64,000 nt of DNA, from assembly GCF_009914755.1 (NCBI RefSeq), contig NC_060931.1; one strand, 5' to 3'. Both the position numbers and the translations under genes were made by a program. The notes under the pieces were generated by a model. It ran no database searches, had not been told where the DNA came from, and saw only the letters and a program-made list of their open reading frames with translations. The stretch comes from the human T2T-CHM13v2.0 reference genome, Homo sapiens. Positions 1 through 11,242 of this stretch are shown piece by piece. How positions within the stretch are numbered: position 1 is the first letter of the stretch; the number at the start of each line of letters is the position of its first letter.

Positions 1-214
1 TTTTTGTGGAGTTTGCAAGTGGAGATTTCAAGCGATTTGATGCCAACAGTAGAAAAGGAAATATCTTCAAATAAAAACTAGACAGAATCATTCTCAGAAA
101 CTACTTTGTGATGTGTGCCTTCAACTCACAGAGTTTAACCTTTCTTTTCTTAGAGCAGTTTAGAAACACTCTGCTTGTTACGTCTGCAAGTGGATATTTG
201 GACCTCTTTGAGGC

Positions 215-231
215 CTTCGTTGCAAACGGGG
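215..231 (+). promoter_or_regulatory. CENP-B box 1 (variant CTTCGTTGCAAACGGGG), repeated every 1022 bp
   Basis: Keeps all nine core positions of NTTCGNNNNANNCGGGN, with two non-core differences from the canonical CTTCGTTGGAAACGGGA. Confidence 0.85.
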
Positions 232-385
232 TTTCTTCCTTTCATGCTAGACTAAGAAGAGTTCTCAGTAACTTTTTTGTGTTGTGTGTATTCAACTCAC
301 AGAGTTGAACCTTGCTTTAGAGAGAGCAGATTTGAAACACTCTTGCTGTGGCATTTTCAGGTGGAGATTTCAAGCGATTTGAGGA

Positions 386-402
386 CAATTGCAGAAAAGG
401 AA
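386..402 (+). other. A-box / pJalpha-like site of A-type monomer M2 (equivalents at 726-742 and 1066-1082)
   Basis: CAATTGCAGAAAAGGAA, CAACAGTAGAAAGGGAA and CAACAGTAGAAAAGGAA occupy the same monomer position as the CENP-B box in alternate monomers. The GAAAAGGAA core is typical of A-type monomers. Confidence 0.65.
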
Positions 403-556
403 ATATCTTCGTATAATAACCAGACAGAATCATTCTCAGAAAGTGCTTTGTGATGTGTGCGTTCAACTCACAGAGTTTAACCTTTCTTTTCATAGAGGAG
501 TTTGGAAACACACTGTTTGTAAAGTCTGCAAGTGGATATATGGACCTGTTTGAGGC

Positions 557-573
557 CTTCGTTGGAAACGGGA
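557..573 (+). promoter_or_regulatory. CENP-B box 2 (canonical), repeated every 1022 bp
   Basis: Exact CTTCGTTGGAAACGGGA. Confidence 0.95.
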
Positions 574-598
574 TTTCTTCATTGAATGCTAGACGGAA

Positions 599-944
599 GA
601 ATTCTCAGTAAATTCTTTGTGTTGTGTGCATTCAACTCACAGAGTGGAACGTCCCTTTAGACAGAGCAGATTTGAAACACTCTTTTTGCGGAATTTGCAA
701 GTGGAGATTTCTAGCCATTTGATGCCAACAGTAGAAAGGGAAATATCTTCAAATAAAAACCAGACAGAATCATTCTCAGAAAATTCTTTGTGATGTGTGC
801 GTTCAACTCACATAGTTTAACCTTTCTTTTCATAGAGCAGTTTGGAAACACTCTGTTTGTAAAGTCTGCAAGTGGATATATGGACCGCATTGAGGCCTTC
901 GTTGGAAACGGGATTTCTTCATTTCATGCTAGACAGAAGAATTC
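599..944. other. EcoRI site pair defining 340-bp dimer and 682-bp tetramer subunits of the HOR
   Basis: GAATTC at 599-604 and 939-944. The third homologous position reads GAGTTC (259-264), so no site is present there. Confidence 0.9.
897..913 (+). promoter_or_regulatory. CENP-B box 3 (canonical), repeated every 1022 bp
   Basis: Exact CTTCGTTGGAAACGGGA, 340 bp after box 2. Confidence 0.95.
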
Positions 945-2044
945 TCAGTAACTTCTTTGTGCTGTGTGTATTCAACTCACAGAGTGGAACGTCCCTTTGC
1001 ACAGAGCAGATTTGAAACACTCTTTTTGTGGAGTTTGCAAGTGGAGATTTCAAGCGATTTGATGCCAACAGTAGAAAAGGAAATATCTTCAAATAAAAAC
1101 TAGACAGAATCATTCTCAGAAACTACTTTGTGATGTGTGCCTTCAACTCACAGAGTTTAACCTTTCTTTTCTTAGAGCAGTTTAGAAACACTCTGCTTGT
1201 TATGTCTGCAAGTGGATATTTGGACCTCTTTGAGGCCTTTGTTGCAAACGGGGTTTCTTCCTTTCATGCTAGACTAAGAAGAGTTCTCAGTAACTTTTTT
1301 GTGTTGTGTGTATTCAACTCACAGAGTTCAACCTTGCTTTAGAGAGAGCAGATTTGAAACACTCTTGCTGTGGCATTTTCAGGTGGAGATTTCAAGCGAT
1401 TTGAGGACAATTGCAGAAAAGGAAATATCTTCGTATAATAACCAGACAGAATCATTCTCAGAAAGTGCTTTGTGATGTGTGCGTTCAACTCACAGAGTTT
1501 AACCTTTCTTTTCATAGAGGAGTTTGGAAACACACTGTTTGTAAAGTCTGCAAGTGGATATATGGACCTGTTTGAGGCCTTCGTTGGAAACGGGATTTCT
1601 TCATTGAATGCTAGACGGAAGAATTCTCAGTAAATTCTTTGTGTTGTGTGCATTCAACTCACAGAGTGGAACGTCCCTTTAGACAGAGCAGATTTGAAAC
1701 ACTCTTTTTGCGGAATTTGCAAGTGGAGATTTCTAGCCATTTGATGCCAACAGTAGAAAGGGAAATATCTTCAAATAAAAACCAGACAGAATCATTCTCA
1801 GAAAATTCTTTGTGATGTGTGCGTTCAACTCACATAGTTTAACCTTTCTTTTCATAGAGCAGTTTGGAAACACTCTGTTTGTAAAGTCTGCAAGTGGATA
1901 TATGGACCGCATTGAGGCCTTCGTTGGAAACGGGATTTCTTCATTTCATGCTAGACAGAAGAATTCTCAGTAACTTCTTTGTGCTGTGTGTATTCAACTC
2001 ACAGAGTGGAACGTCCCTTTGCACAGAGCAGATTTGAAACACTC

Positions 2045-5000
2045 TTTTTGTGGAGTTTGCAAGTGGAGATTTCAAGCGATTTGATGCCAACAGTAGAAAA
2101 GGAAATATCTTCAAATAAAAACTAGACAGAATCATTCTCAGAAACTACTTTGTGATGTGTGCCTTCAACTCACAGAGTTTAACCTTTCTTTTCTTAGAGC
2201 AGTTTAGAAACACTCTGCTTGTTACGTCTGCAAGTGGATATTTGGACCTCTTTGAGGCCTTCGTTGCAAACGGGGTTTCTTCCTTTCATGCTAGACTAAG
2301 AAGAGTTCTCAGTAACTTTTTTGTGTTGTGTGTATTCAACTCACAGAGTTGAACCTTGCTTTAGAGAGAGCAGATTTGAAACACTCTTGCTGTGGCATTT
2401 TCAGGTGGAGATTTCAAGCGATTTGAGGACAATTGCAGAAAAGGAAATATCTTCGTATAATAACCAGACAGAATCATTCTCAGAAAGTGCTTTGTGATGT
2501 GTGCGTTCAACTCACAGAGTTTAACCTTTCTTTTCATAGAGGAGTTTGGAAACACACTGTTTGTAAAGTCTGCAAGTGGATATATGGACCTGTTTAAGGC
2601 CTTCGTTGGAAACGGGATTTCTTCATTGAATGCTAGACGGAAGAATTCTCAGTAAATTCTTTGTGTTGTGTGCATTCAACTCACAGAGTGGAACGTCCCT
2701 TTAGACAGAGCAGATTTGAAACACTCTTTTTGCGGAATTTGCAAGTGGAGATTTCTAGCCATTTGATGCCAACAGTAGAAAGGGAAATATCTTCAAATAA
2801 AAACCAGACAGAATCATTCTCAGAAAATTCTTTGTGATGTGTGCGTTCAACTCACATAGTTTAACCTTTCTTTTCATAGAGCAGTTTGGAAACACTCTGT
2901 TTGTAAAGTCTGCAAGTGGATATATGGACCGCATTGAGGCCTTCGTTGGAAACGGGATTTCTTCATTTCATGCTAGACAGAAGAATTCTCAGTAACTTCT
3001 TTGTGCTGTGTGTATTCAACTCACAGAGTGTAACGTCCCTTTACACAGAGCAGATTTGAAACACTCTTTTTGTGGAGTTTGCAAGTGGAGATTTCAAGCG
3101 ATTTGATGCCTACAGTAGAAAAGGAAATATCTTCAAATAAAAACTAGACAGAATCATTCTCAGAAACTACTTTGTGATGTGTGCCTTCAACTCACAGAGT
3201 TTAACCTTTCTTTTCTTAGAGCAGTTTGGAAACACTCTGCTTGTTATGTCTGCAAGTGGATATTTGGACCTCTTTGAGGCCTTCGTTGCAAACGGTGTTT
3301 CTTCCTTTCATGCTAGACTAAGAAGAGTTCTCAGTAACTTTTTTGTGTTGTGTGTATTCAACTCACAGAGTTGAACCTTGCTTTAGAGAGAGCAGATTTG
3401 AAACACTCTTGCTGTGGCATTTTCAGGTGGAGATTTCAAGCGATTTGAGGACAATTGCAGAAAAGGAAATATCTTCGTATAATAACCAGACAGAATCATT
3501 CTCAGAAAGTGCTTTGTGATGTGTGTGTTCAACTCACAGAGTTTAACCTTTCTTTTCATAGAGGAGTTTGGAAACACACTGTTTGTAAAGTCTGCAAGTG
3601 GATACATGGACCTGTTTGAGGCCTTCGTTGGAAACGGGATTTCTTCATTGAATGCTAGACGGAAGAATTCTCAGTAAATTCTTTGTGTTGTGTGCATTGA
3701 ACTCACAGAGTGGAACGTCCCTTTAGACAGAGCAGATTTGAAACACTCTTTTTGCGGAATTTGCAAGTGGAGATTTCTAGCCATTTGATGCCAACAGTAG
3801 AAAGGGAAATATCTTCAAATAAAAACCAGACAGAATCATTCTCAGAAAATTCTTTGTGATGTGTGCGTTCAACTCACATAGTTTAACCTTTCTTTTCATA
3901 GAGCAGTTTGGAAACACTCTGTTTGTAAAGTCTGCAAGTGGATATATGGACCGCATTGAGGCCTTCGTTGGAAACGGGATTTCTTCATTTCATGCTAGAC
4001 AGAAGAATTCTCAGTAACTTCTTTGTGCTGTGTGTATTCAACTCACAGAGTGGAACGTCCCTTTGCACAGAGCAGATTTGAAACACTCTTTTTGTGGAGT
4101 TTGCAAGTGGAGATTTCAAGCGATTTGATGCCAACAGTAGAAAAGGAAATATCTTCAAATAAAAACTAGACAGAATCATTCTCAGAAACTACTTTGTGAT
4201 GTGTGCCTTCAACTCACAGAGTTTAACCTTTCTTTTCTTAGAGCAGTTTAGAAACACTCTGCTTGTTATGTCTGCAAGTGGATATTTGGACCTCTTTGAG
4301 GCCTTCGTTGCAAACGGGGTTTCTTCCTTTCATGCTAGACTAAGAAGAGTTCTCAGTAACTTTTTTGTGTTGTGTGTATTCAACTCACAGAGTTGAACCT
4401 TGCTTTAGAGAGAGCAGATTTGAAACACTCTTGCTGTGGCATTTTCAGGTGGAGATTTCAAGCGATTTGAGGACAATTGCAGAAAAGGAAATATCTTCGT
4501 ATAATAACCAGACAGAATCATTCTCAGAAAGTGCTTTGTGATGTGTGCGTTCAACTCACAGAGTTTAACCTTTCTTTTCATAGAGGAGTTTGGAAACACA
4601 CTGTTTGTAAAGTCTGCAAGTGGATATATGGACCTGTTTGAGGCCTTCGTTGGAAACGGGATTTCTTCATTGAATGCTAGACGGAAGAATTCTCAGTAAA
4701 TTCTTTGTGTTGTGTGCATTCAACTCACAGAGTGGAACGTCCCTTTAGACAGAGCAGATTTGAAACACTCTTTTTGCGGAATTTGCAAGTGGAGATTTCT
4801 AGCCATTTGATGCCAACAGTAGAAAGGGAAATATCTTCAAATAAAAACCAGACAGAATCATTCTCAGAAAATTCTTTGTGATGTGTGCGTTCAACTCACA
4901 TAGTTTAACCTTTCTTTTCATAGAGCAGTTTGGAAACACTCTGTTTGTAAAGTCTGCAAGTGGATATATGGACCGCATTGAGGCCTTCGTTGGAAACGGG

Positions 5001-8000
5001 ATTTCTTCATTTCATGCTAGACAGAAGAATTCTCAGTAACTTCTTTGTGCTGTGTGTATTCAACTCACAGAGTGGAACGTCCCTTTGCACAGAGCAGATT
5101 TGAAACACTCTTTTTGTGGAGTTTGCAAGTGGAGATTTCAAGCGATTTGATGCCAACAGTAGAAAAGGAAATATCTTCAAATAAAAACTAGACAGAATCA
5201 TTCTCAGAAACTACTTTGTGATGTGTGCCTTCAACTCACAGAGTTTAACCTTTCTTTTCTTAGAGCAGTTTAGAAACACTCTGCTTGTTACGTCTGCAAG
5301 TGGATATTTGGACCTCTTTGAGGCCTTCGTTGCAAACGGGGTTTCTTCCTTTCATGCTAGACTAAGAAGAGTTCTCAGTAACTTTTTTGTGTTGTGTGTA
5401 TTCAACTCACAGAGTTGAACCTTGCTTTAGAGAGAGCAGATTTGAAACACTCTTGCTGTGGCATTTTCAGGTGGAGATTTCAAGCGATTTGAGGACAATT
5501 GCAGAAAAGGAAATATCTTCGTATAATAACCAGACAGAATCATTCTCAGAAAGTGCTTTGTGATGTGTGCGTTCAACTCACAGAGTTTAACCTTTCTTTT
5601 CATAGAGGAGTTTGGAAACACACTGTTTGTAAAGTCTGCAAGTGGATATATGGACCTGTTTAAGGCCTTCGTTGGAAACGGGATTTCTTCATTGAATGCT
5701 AGACGGAAGAATTCTCAGTAAATTCTTTGTGTTGTGTGCATTCAACTCACAGAGTGGAACGTCCCTTTAGACAGAGCAGATTTGAAACACTCTTTTTGCG
5801 GAATTTGCAAGTGGAGATTTCTAGCCATTTGATGCCAACAGTAGAAAGGGAAATATCTTCAAATAAAAACCAGACAGAATCATTCTCAGAAAATTCTTTG
5901 TGATGTGTGCGTTCAACTCACATAGTTTAACCTTTCTTTTCATAGAGCAGTTTGGAAACACTCTGTTTGTAAAGTCTGCAAGTGGATATATGGACCGCAT
6001 TGAGGCCTTCGTTGGAAACGGGATTTCTTCATTTCATGCTAGACAGAAGAATTCTCAGTAACTTCTTTGTGCTGTGTGTATTCAACTCACAGAGTGTAAC
6101 GTCCCTTTACACAGAGCAGATTTGAAACACTCTTTTTGTGGAGTTTGCAAGTGGAGATTTCAAGCGATTTGATGCCTACAGTAGAAAAGGAAATATCTTC
6201 AAATAAAAACTAGACAGAATCATTCTCAGAAACTACTTTGTGATGTGTGCCTTCAACTCACAGAGTTTAACCTTTCTTTTCTTAGAGCAGTTTAGAAACA
6301 CTCTGCTTGTTATGTCTGCAAGTGGATATTTGGACCTCTTTGAGGCCTTCGTTGCAAACGGTGTTTCTTCCTTTCATGCTAGACTAAGAAGAGTTCTCAG
6401 TAACTTTTTTGTGTTGTGTGTATTCAACTCACAGAGTTGAACCTTGCTTTAGAGAGAGCAGATTTGAAACACTCTTGCTGTGGCATTTTCAGGTGGAGAT
6501 TTCAAGCGATTTGAGGACAATTGCAGAAAAGGAAATATCTTCGTATAATAACCAGACAGAATCATTCTCAGAAAGTGCTTTGTGATGTGTGTGTTCAACT
6601 CACAGAGTTTAACCTTTCTTTTCATAGAGGAGTTTGGAAACACACTGTTTGTAAAGTCTGCAAGTGGATACATGGACCTGTTTGAGGCCTTCGTTGGAAA
6701 CGGGATTTCTTCATTGAATGCTAGACGGAAGAATTCTCAGTAAATTCTTTGTGTTGTGTGCATTGAACTCACAGAGTGGAACGTCCCTTTAGACAGAGCA
6801 GATTTGAAACACTCTTTTTGCGGAATTTGCAAGTGGAGATTTCTAGCCATTTGATGCCAACAGTAGAAAGGGAAATATCTTCAAATAAAAACCAGACAGA
6901 ATCATTCTCAGAAAATTCTTTGTGATGTGTGCGTTCAACTCACATAGTTTAACCTTTCTTTTCATAGAGCAGTTTGGAAACACTCTGTTTGTAAAGTCTG
7001 CAAGTGGATATATGGACCGCATTGAGGCCTTCGTTGGAAACGGGATTTCTTCATTTCATGCTAGACAGAAGAATTCTCAGTAACTTCTTTGTGCTGTGTG
7101 TATTCAACTCACAGAGTGGAACGTCCCTTTGCACAGAGCAGATTTGAAACACTCTTTTTGTGGAGTTTGCAAGTGGAGATTTCAAGCGATTTGATGCCAA
7201 CAGTAGAAAAGGAAATATCTTCAAATAAAAACTAGACAGAATCATTCTCAGAAACTACTTTGTGATGTGTGCCTTCAACTCACAGAGTTTAACCTTTCTT
7301 TTCTTAGAGCAGTTTAGAAACACTCTGCTTGTTATGTCTGCAAGTGGATATTTGGACCTCTTTGAGGCCTTCGTTGCAAACGGGGTTTCTTCCTTTCATG
7401 CTAGACTAAGAAGAGTTCTCAGTAACTTTTTTGTGTTGTGTGTATTCAACTCACAGAGTTGAACCTTGCTTTAGAGAGAGCAGATTTGAAACACTCTTGC
7501 TGTGGCATTTTCAGGTGGAGATTTCAAGCGATTTGAGGACAATTGCAGAAAAGGAAATATCTTCGTATAATAACCAGACAGAATCATTCTCAGAAAGTGC
7601 TTTGTGATGTGTGCGTTCAACTCACAGAGTTTAACCTTTCTTTTCATAGAGGAGTTTGGAAACACACTGTTTGTAAAGTCTGCAAGTGGATATATGGACC
7701 TGTTTGAGGCCTTCGTTGGAAACGGGATTTCTTCATTGAATGCTAGACGGAAGAATTCTCAGTAAATTCTTTGTGTTGTGTGCATTCAACTCACAGAGTG
7801 GAACGTCCCTTTAGACAGAGCAGATTTGAAACACTCTTTTTGCGGAATTTGCAAGTGGAGATTTCTAGCCATTTGATGCCAACAGTAGAAAGGGAAATAT
7901 CTTCAAATAAAAACCAGACAGAATCATTCTCAGAAAATTCTTTGTGATGTGTGCGTTCAACTCACATAGTTTAACCTTTCTTTTCATAGAGCAGTTTGGA

Positions 8001-8176
8001 AACACTCTGTTTGTAAAGTCTGCAAGTGGATATATGGACCGCATTGAGGCCTTCGTTGGAAACGGGATTTCTTCATTTCATGCTAGACAGAAGAATTCTC
8101 AGTAACTTCTTTGTGCTGTGTGTATTCAACTCACAGAGTGGAACGTCCCTTTGCACAGAGCAGATTTGAAACACTC
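2045..8176 (+). repeat. Tandem duplication of a 3-HOR block (3066 bp), with partial third copy to ~9740
   Basis: Variants recur at +3066: 2225/5291/8357, 2596/5662/8728, 3031/6097, 3043/6109, 3111/6177/9243, 3296/6362, 3526/6592, 3605/6671/9737, 3699/6765. Confidence 0.9.
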
Positions 8177-11100
8177 TTTTTGTGGAGTTTGCAAGTGGAG
8201 ATTTCAAGCGATTTGATGCCAACAGTAGAAAAGGAAATATCTTCAAATAAAAACTAGACAGAATCATTCTCAGAAACTACTTTGTGATGTGTGCCTTCAA
8301 CTCACAGAGTTTAACCTTTCTTTTCTTAGAGCAGTTTAGAAACACTCTGCTTGTTACGTCTGCAAGTGGATATTTGGACCTCTTTGAGGCCTTCGTTGCA
8401 AACGGGGTTTCTTCCTTTCATGCTAGACTAAGAAGAGTTCTCAGTAACTTTTTTGTGTTGTGTGTATTCAACTCACAGAGTTGAACCTTGCTTTAGAGAG
8501 AGCAGATTTGAAACACTCTTGCTGTGGCATTTTCAGGTGGAGATTTCAAGCGATTTGAGGACAATTGCAGAAAAGGAAATATCTTCGTATAATAACCAGA
8601 CAGAATCATTCTCAGAAAGTGCTTTGTGATGTGTGCGTTCAACTCACAGAGTTTAACCTTTCTTTTCATAGAGGAGTTTGGAAACACACTGTTTGTAAAG
8701 TCTGCAAGTGGATATATGGACCTGTTTAAGGCCTTCGTTGGAAACGGGATTTCTTCATTGAATGCTAGACGGAAGAATTCTCAGTAAATTCTTTGTGTTG
8801 TGTGCATTCAACTCACAGAGTGGAACGTCCCTTTAGACAGAGCAGATTTGAAACACTCTTTTTGCGGAATTTGCAAGTGGAGATTTCTAGCCATTTGATG
8901 CCAACAGTAGAAAGGGAAATATCTTCAAATAAAAACCAGACAGAATCATTCTCAGAAAATTCTTTGTGATGTGTGCGTTCAACTCACATAGTTTAACCTT
9001 TCTTTTCATAGAGCAGTTTGGAAACACTCTGTTTGTAAAGTCTGCAAGTGGATATATGGACCGCATTGAGGCCTTCGTTGGAAACGGGATTTCTTCATTT
9101 CATGCTAGACAGAAGAATTCTCAGTAACTTCTTTGTGCTGTGTGTATTCAACTCACAGAGTGGAACGTCCCTTTGCACAGAGCAGATTTGAAACACTCTT
9201 TTTGTGGAGTTTGCAAGTGGAGATTTCAAGCGATTTGATGCCTACAGTAGAAAAGGAAATATCTTCAAATAAAAACTAGACAGAATCATTCTCAGAAACT
9301 ACTTTGTGATGTGTGCCTTCAACTCACAGAGTTTAACCTTTCTTTTCTTAGAGCAGTTTAGAAACACTCTGCTTGTTATGTCTGCAAGTGGATATTTGGA
9401 CCTCTTTGAGGCCTTCGTTGCAAACGGGGTTTCTTCCTTTCATGCTAGACTAAGAAGAGTTCTCAGTAACTTTTTTGTGTTGTGTGTATTCAACTCACAG
9501 AGTTGAACCTTGCTTTAGAGAGAGCAGATTTGAAACACTCTTGCTGTGGCATTTTCAGGTGGAGATTTCAAGCGATTTGAGGACAATTGCAGAAAAGGAA
9601 ATATCTTCGTATAATAACCAGACAGAATCATTCTCAGAAAGTGCTTTGTGATGTGTGCGTTCAACTCACAGAGTTTAACCTTTCTTTTCATAGAGGAGTT
9701 TGGAAACACACTGTTTGTAAAGTCTGCAAGTGGATACATGGACCTGTTTGAGGCCTTCGTTGGAAACGGGATTTCTTCATTGAATGCTAGACGGAAGAAT
9801 TCTCAGTAAATTCTTTGTGTTGTGTGCATTCAACTCACAGAGTGGAACGTCCCTTTAGACAGAGCAGATTTGAAACACTCTTTTTGCGGAATTTGCAAGT
9901 GGAGATTTCTAGCCATTTGATGCCAACAGTAGAAAGGGAAATATCTTCAAATAAAAACCAGACAGAATCATTCTCAGAAAATTCTTTGTGATGTGTGCAT
10001 TCAACTCACATAGTTTAACCTTTCTTTTCATAGAGCAGTTTGGAAACACTCTGTTTGTAAAGTCTGCAAGTGGATATATGGACCGTATTGAGGCCTTCGT
10101 TGGAAACGGGATTTCTTCATTTCATGCTAGACAGAAGAATTCTCAGTAACTTCTTTGTGCTGTGTGTATTCAACTCACAGAGTGGAACGTCCCTTTGCAC
10201 AGAGCAGATTTGAAACACTCTTTTTGTGGAGTTTGCAAGTGGAGATTTCAAGCGATTTGATGCCAACAGTAGAAAAGGAAATATCTTCAAATAAAAACTA
10301 GACAGAATCATTCTCAGAAACTACTTTGTGATGTGTGCCTTCAACTCACAGAGTTTAACCTTTCTTTTCTTAGAGCAGTTTAGAAACACTCTGCTTGTTA
10401 CGTCTGCAAGTGGATATTTGGACCTCTTTGAGGCCTTCGTTGCAAACGGGGTTTCTTCCTTTCATGCTAGACTAAGAAGAGTTCTCAGTAACTTTTTTGT
10501 GTTGTGTGTATTCAACTCACAGAGTTGAACCTTGCTTTAGAGAGAGCAGATTTGAAACACTCTTGCTGTGGCATTTTCAGGTGGAGATTTCAAGCGATTT
10601 GAGGACAATTGCAGAAAAGGAAATATCTTCGTATAATAACCAGACAGAATCATTCTCAGAAAGTGCTTTGTGATGTGTGCGTTCAACTCACAGAGTTTAA
10701 CCTTTCTTTTCATAGAGGAGTTTGGAAACACACTGTTTGTAAAGTCTGCAAGTGGATACATGGACCTGTTTGAGGCCTTCGTTGGAAACGGGATTTCTTC
10801 ATTGAATGCTAGACGGAAGAATTCTCAGTAAATTCTTTGTGTTGTGTGCATTCAACTCACAGAGTGGAACGTCCCTTTAGACAGAGCAGATTTGAAACAC
10901 TCTTTTTGCGGAATTTGCAAGTGGAGATTTCTAGCCATTTGATGCCAACAGTAGAAAGGGAAATATCTTCAAATAAAAACCAGACAGAATCATTCTCAGA
11001 AAATTCTTTGTGATGTGTGCGTTCAACTCACATAGTTTAACCTTTCTTTTCATAGAGCAGTTTGGAAACACTCTGTTTGTAAAGTCTGCAAGTGGATATA

Positions 11101-11242
11101 TGGACCGCATTGAGGCCTTCGTTGGAAACGGGATTTCTTCATTTCATGCTAGACAGAAGAATTCTCAGTAACTTCTTTGTGCTGTGTGTATTCAACTCAC
11201 AGAGTGGAACGTCCCTTTACACAGAGCAGATTTGAAACACTC

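Larger units (their letters stand above)
89..1110 (+). repeat. First complete HOR unit: monomers M1 89-259 (B), M2 260-430 (A), M3 431-599 (B), M4 600-770 (A), M5 771-939 (B), M6 940-1110 (A)
   Basis: TTCTCAG anchors at 91, 262, 433, 602, 773, 942 and 1113 give spacings 171, 171, 169, 171, 169, 171 = 1022. M1/M3/M5 resemble each other, as do M2/M4/M6, giving the J2/J1-like dimer substructure of SF1. Confidence 0.95.

Noticed and set aside
69-75. AATAAA-like polyadenylation motif in A-type monomers
   Set aside because: It is part of the AT-rich monomer sequence, with no transcript context to support function.
500-509. Short dyad GTTTGGAAAC and similar small palindromes as hairpin or cruciform signals
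   Set aside because: These are 4-bp stems intrinsic to ordinary alpha-satellite monomers, with nothing specific to this window.
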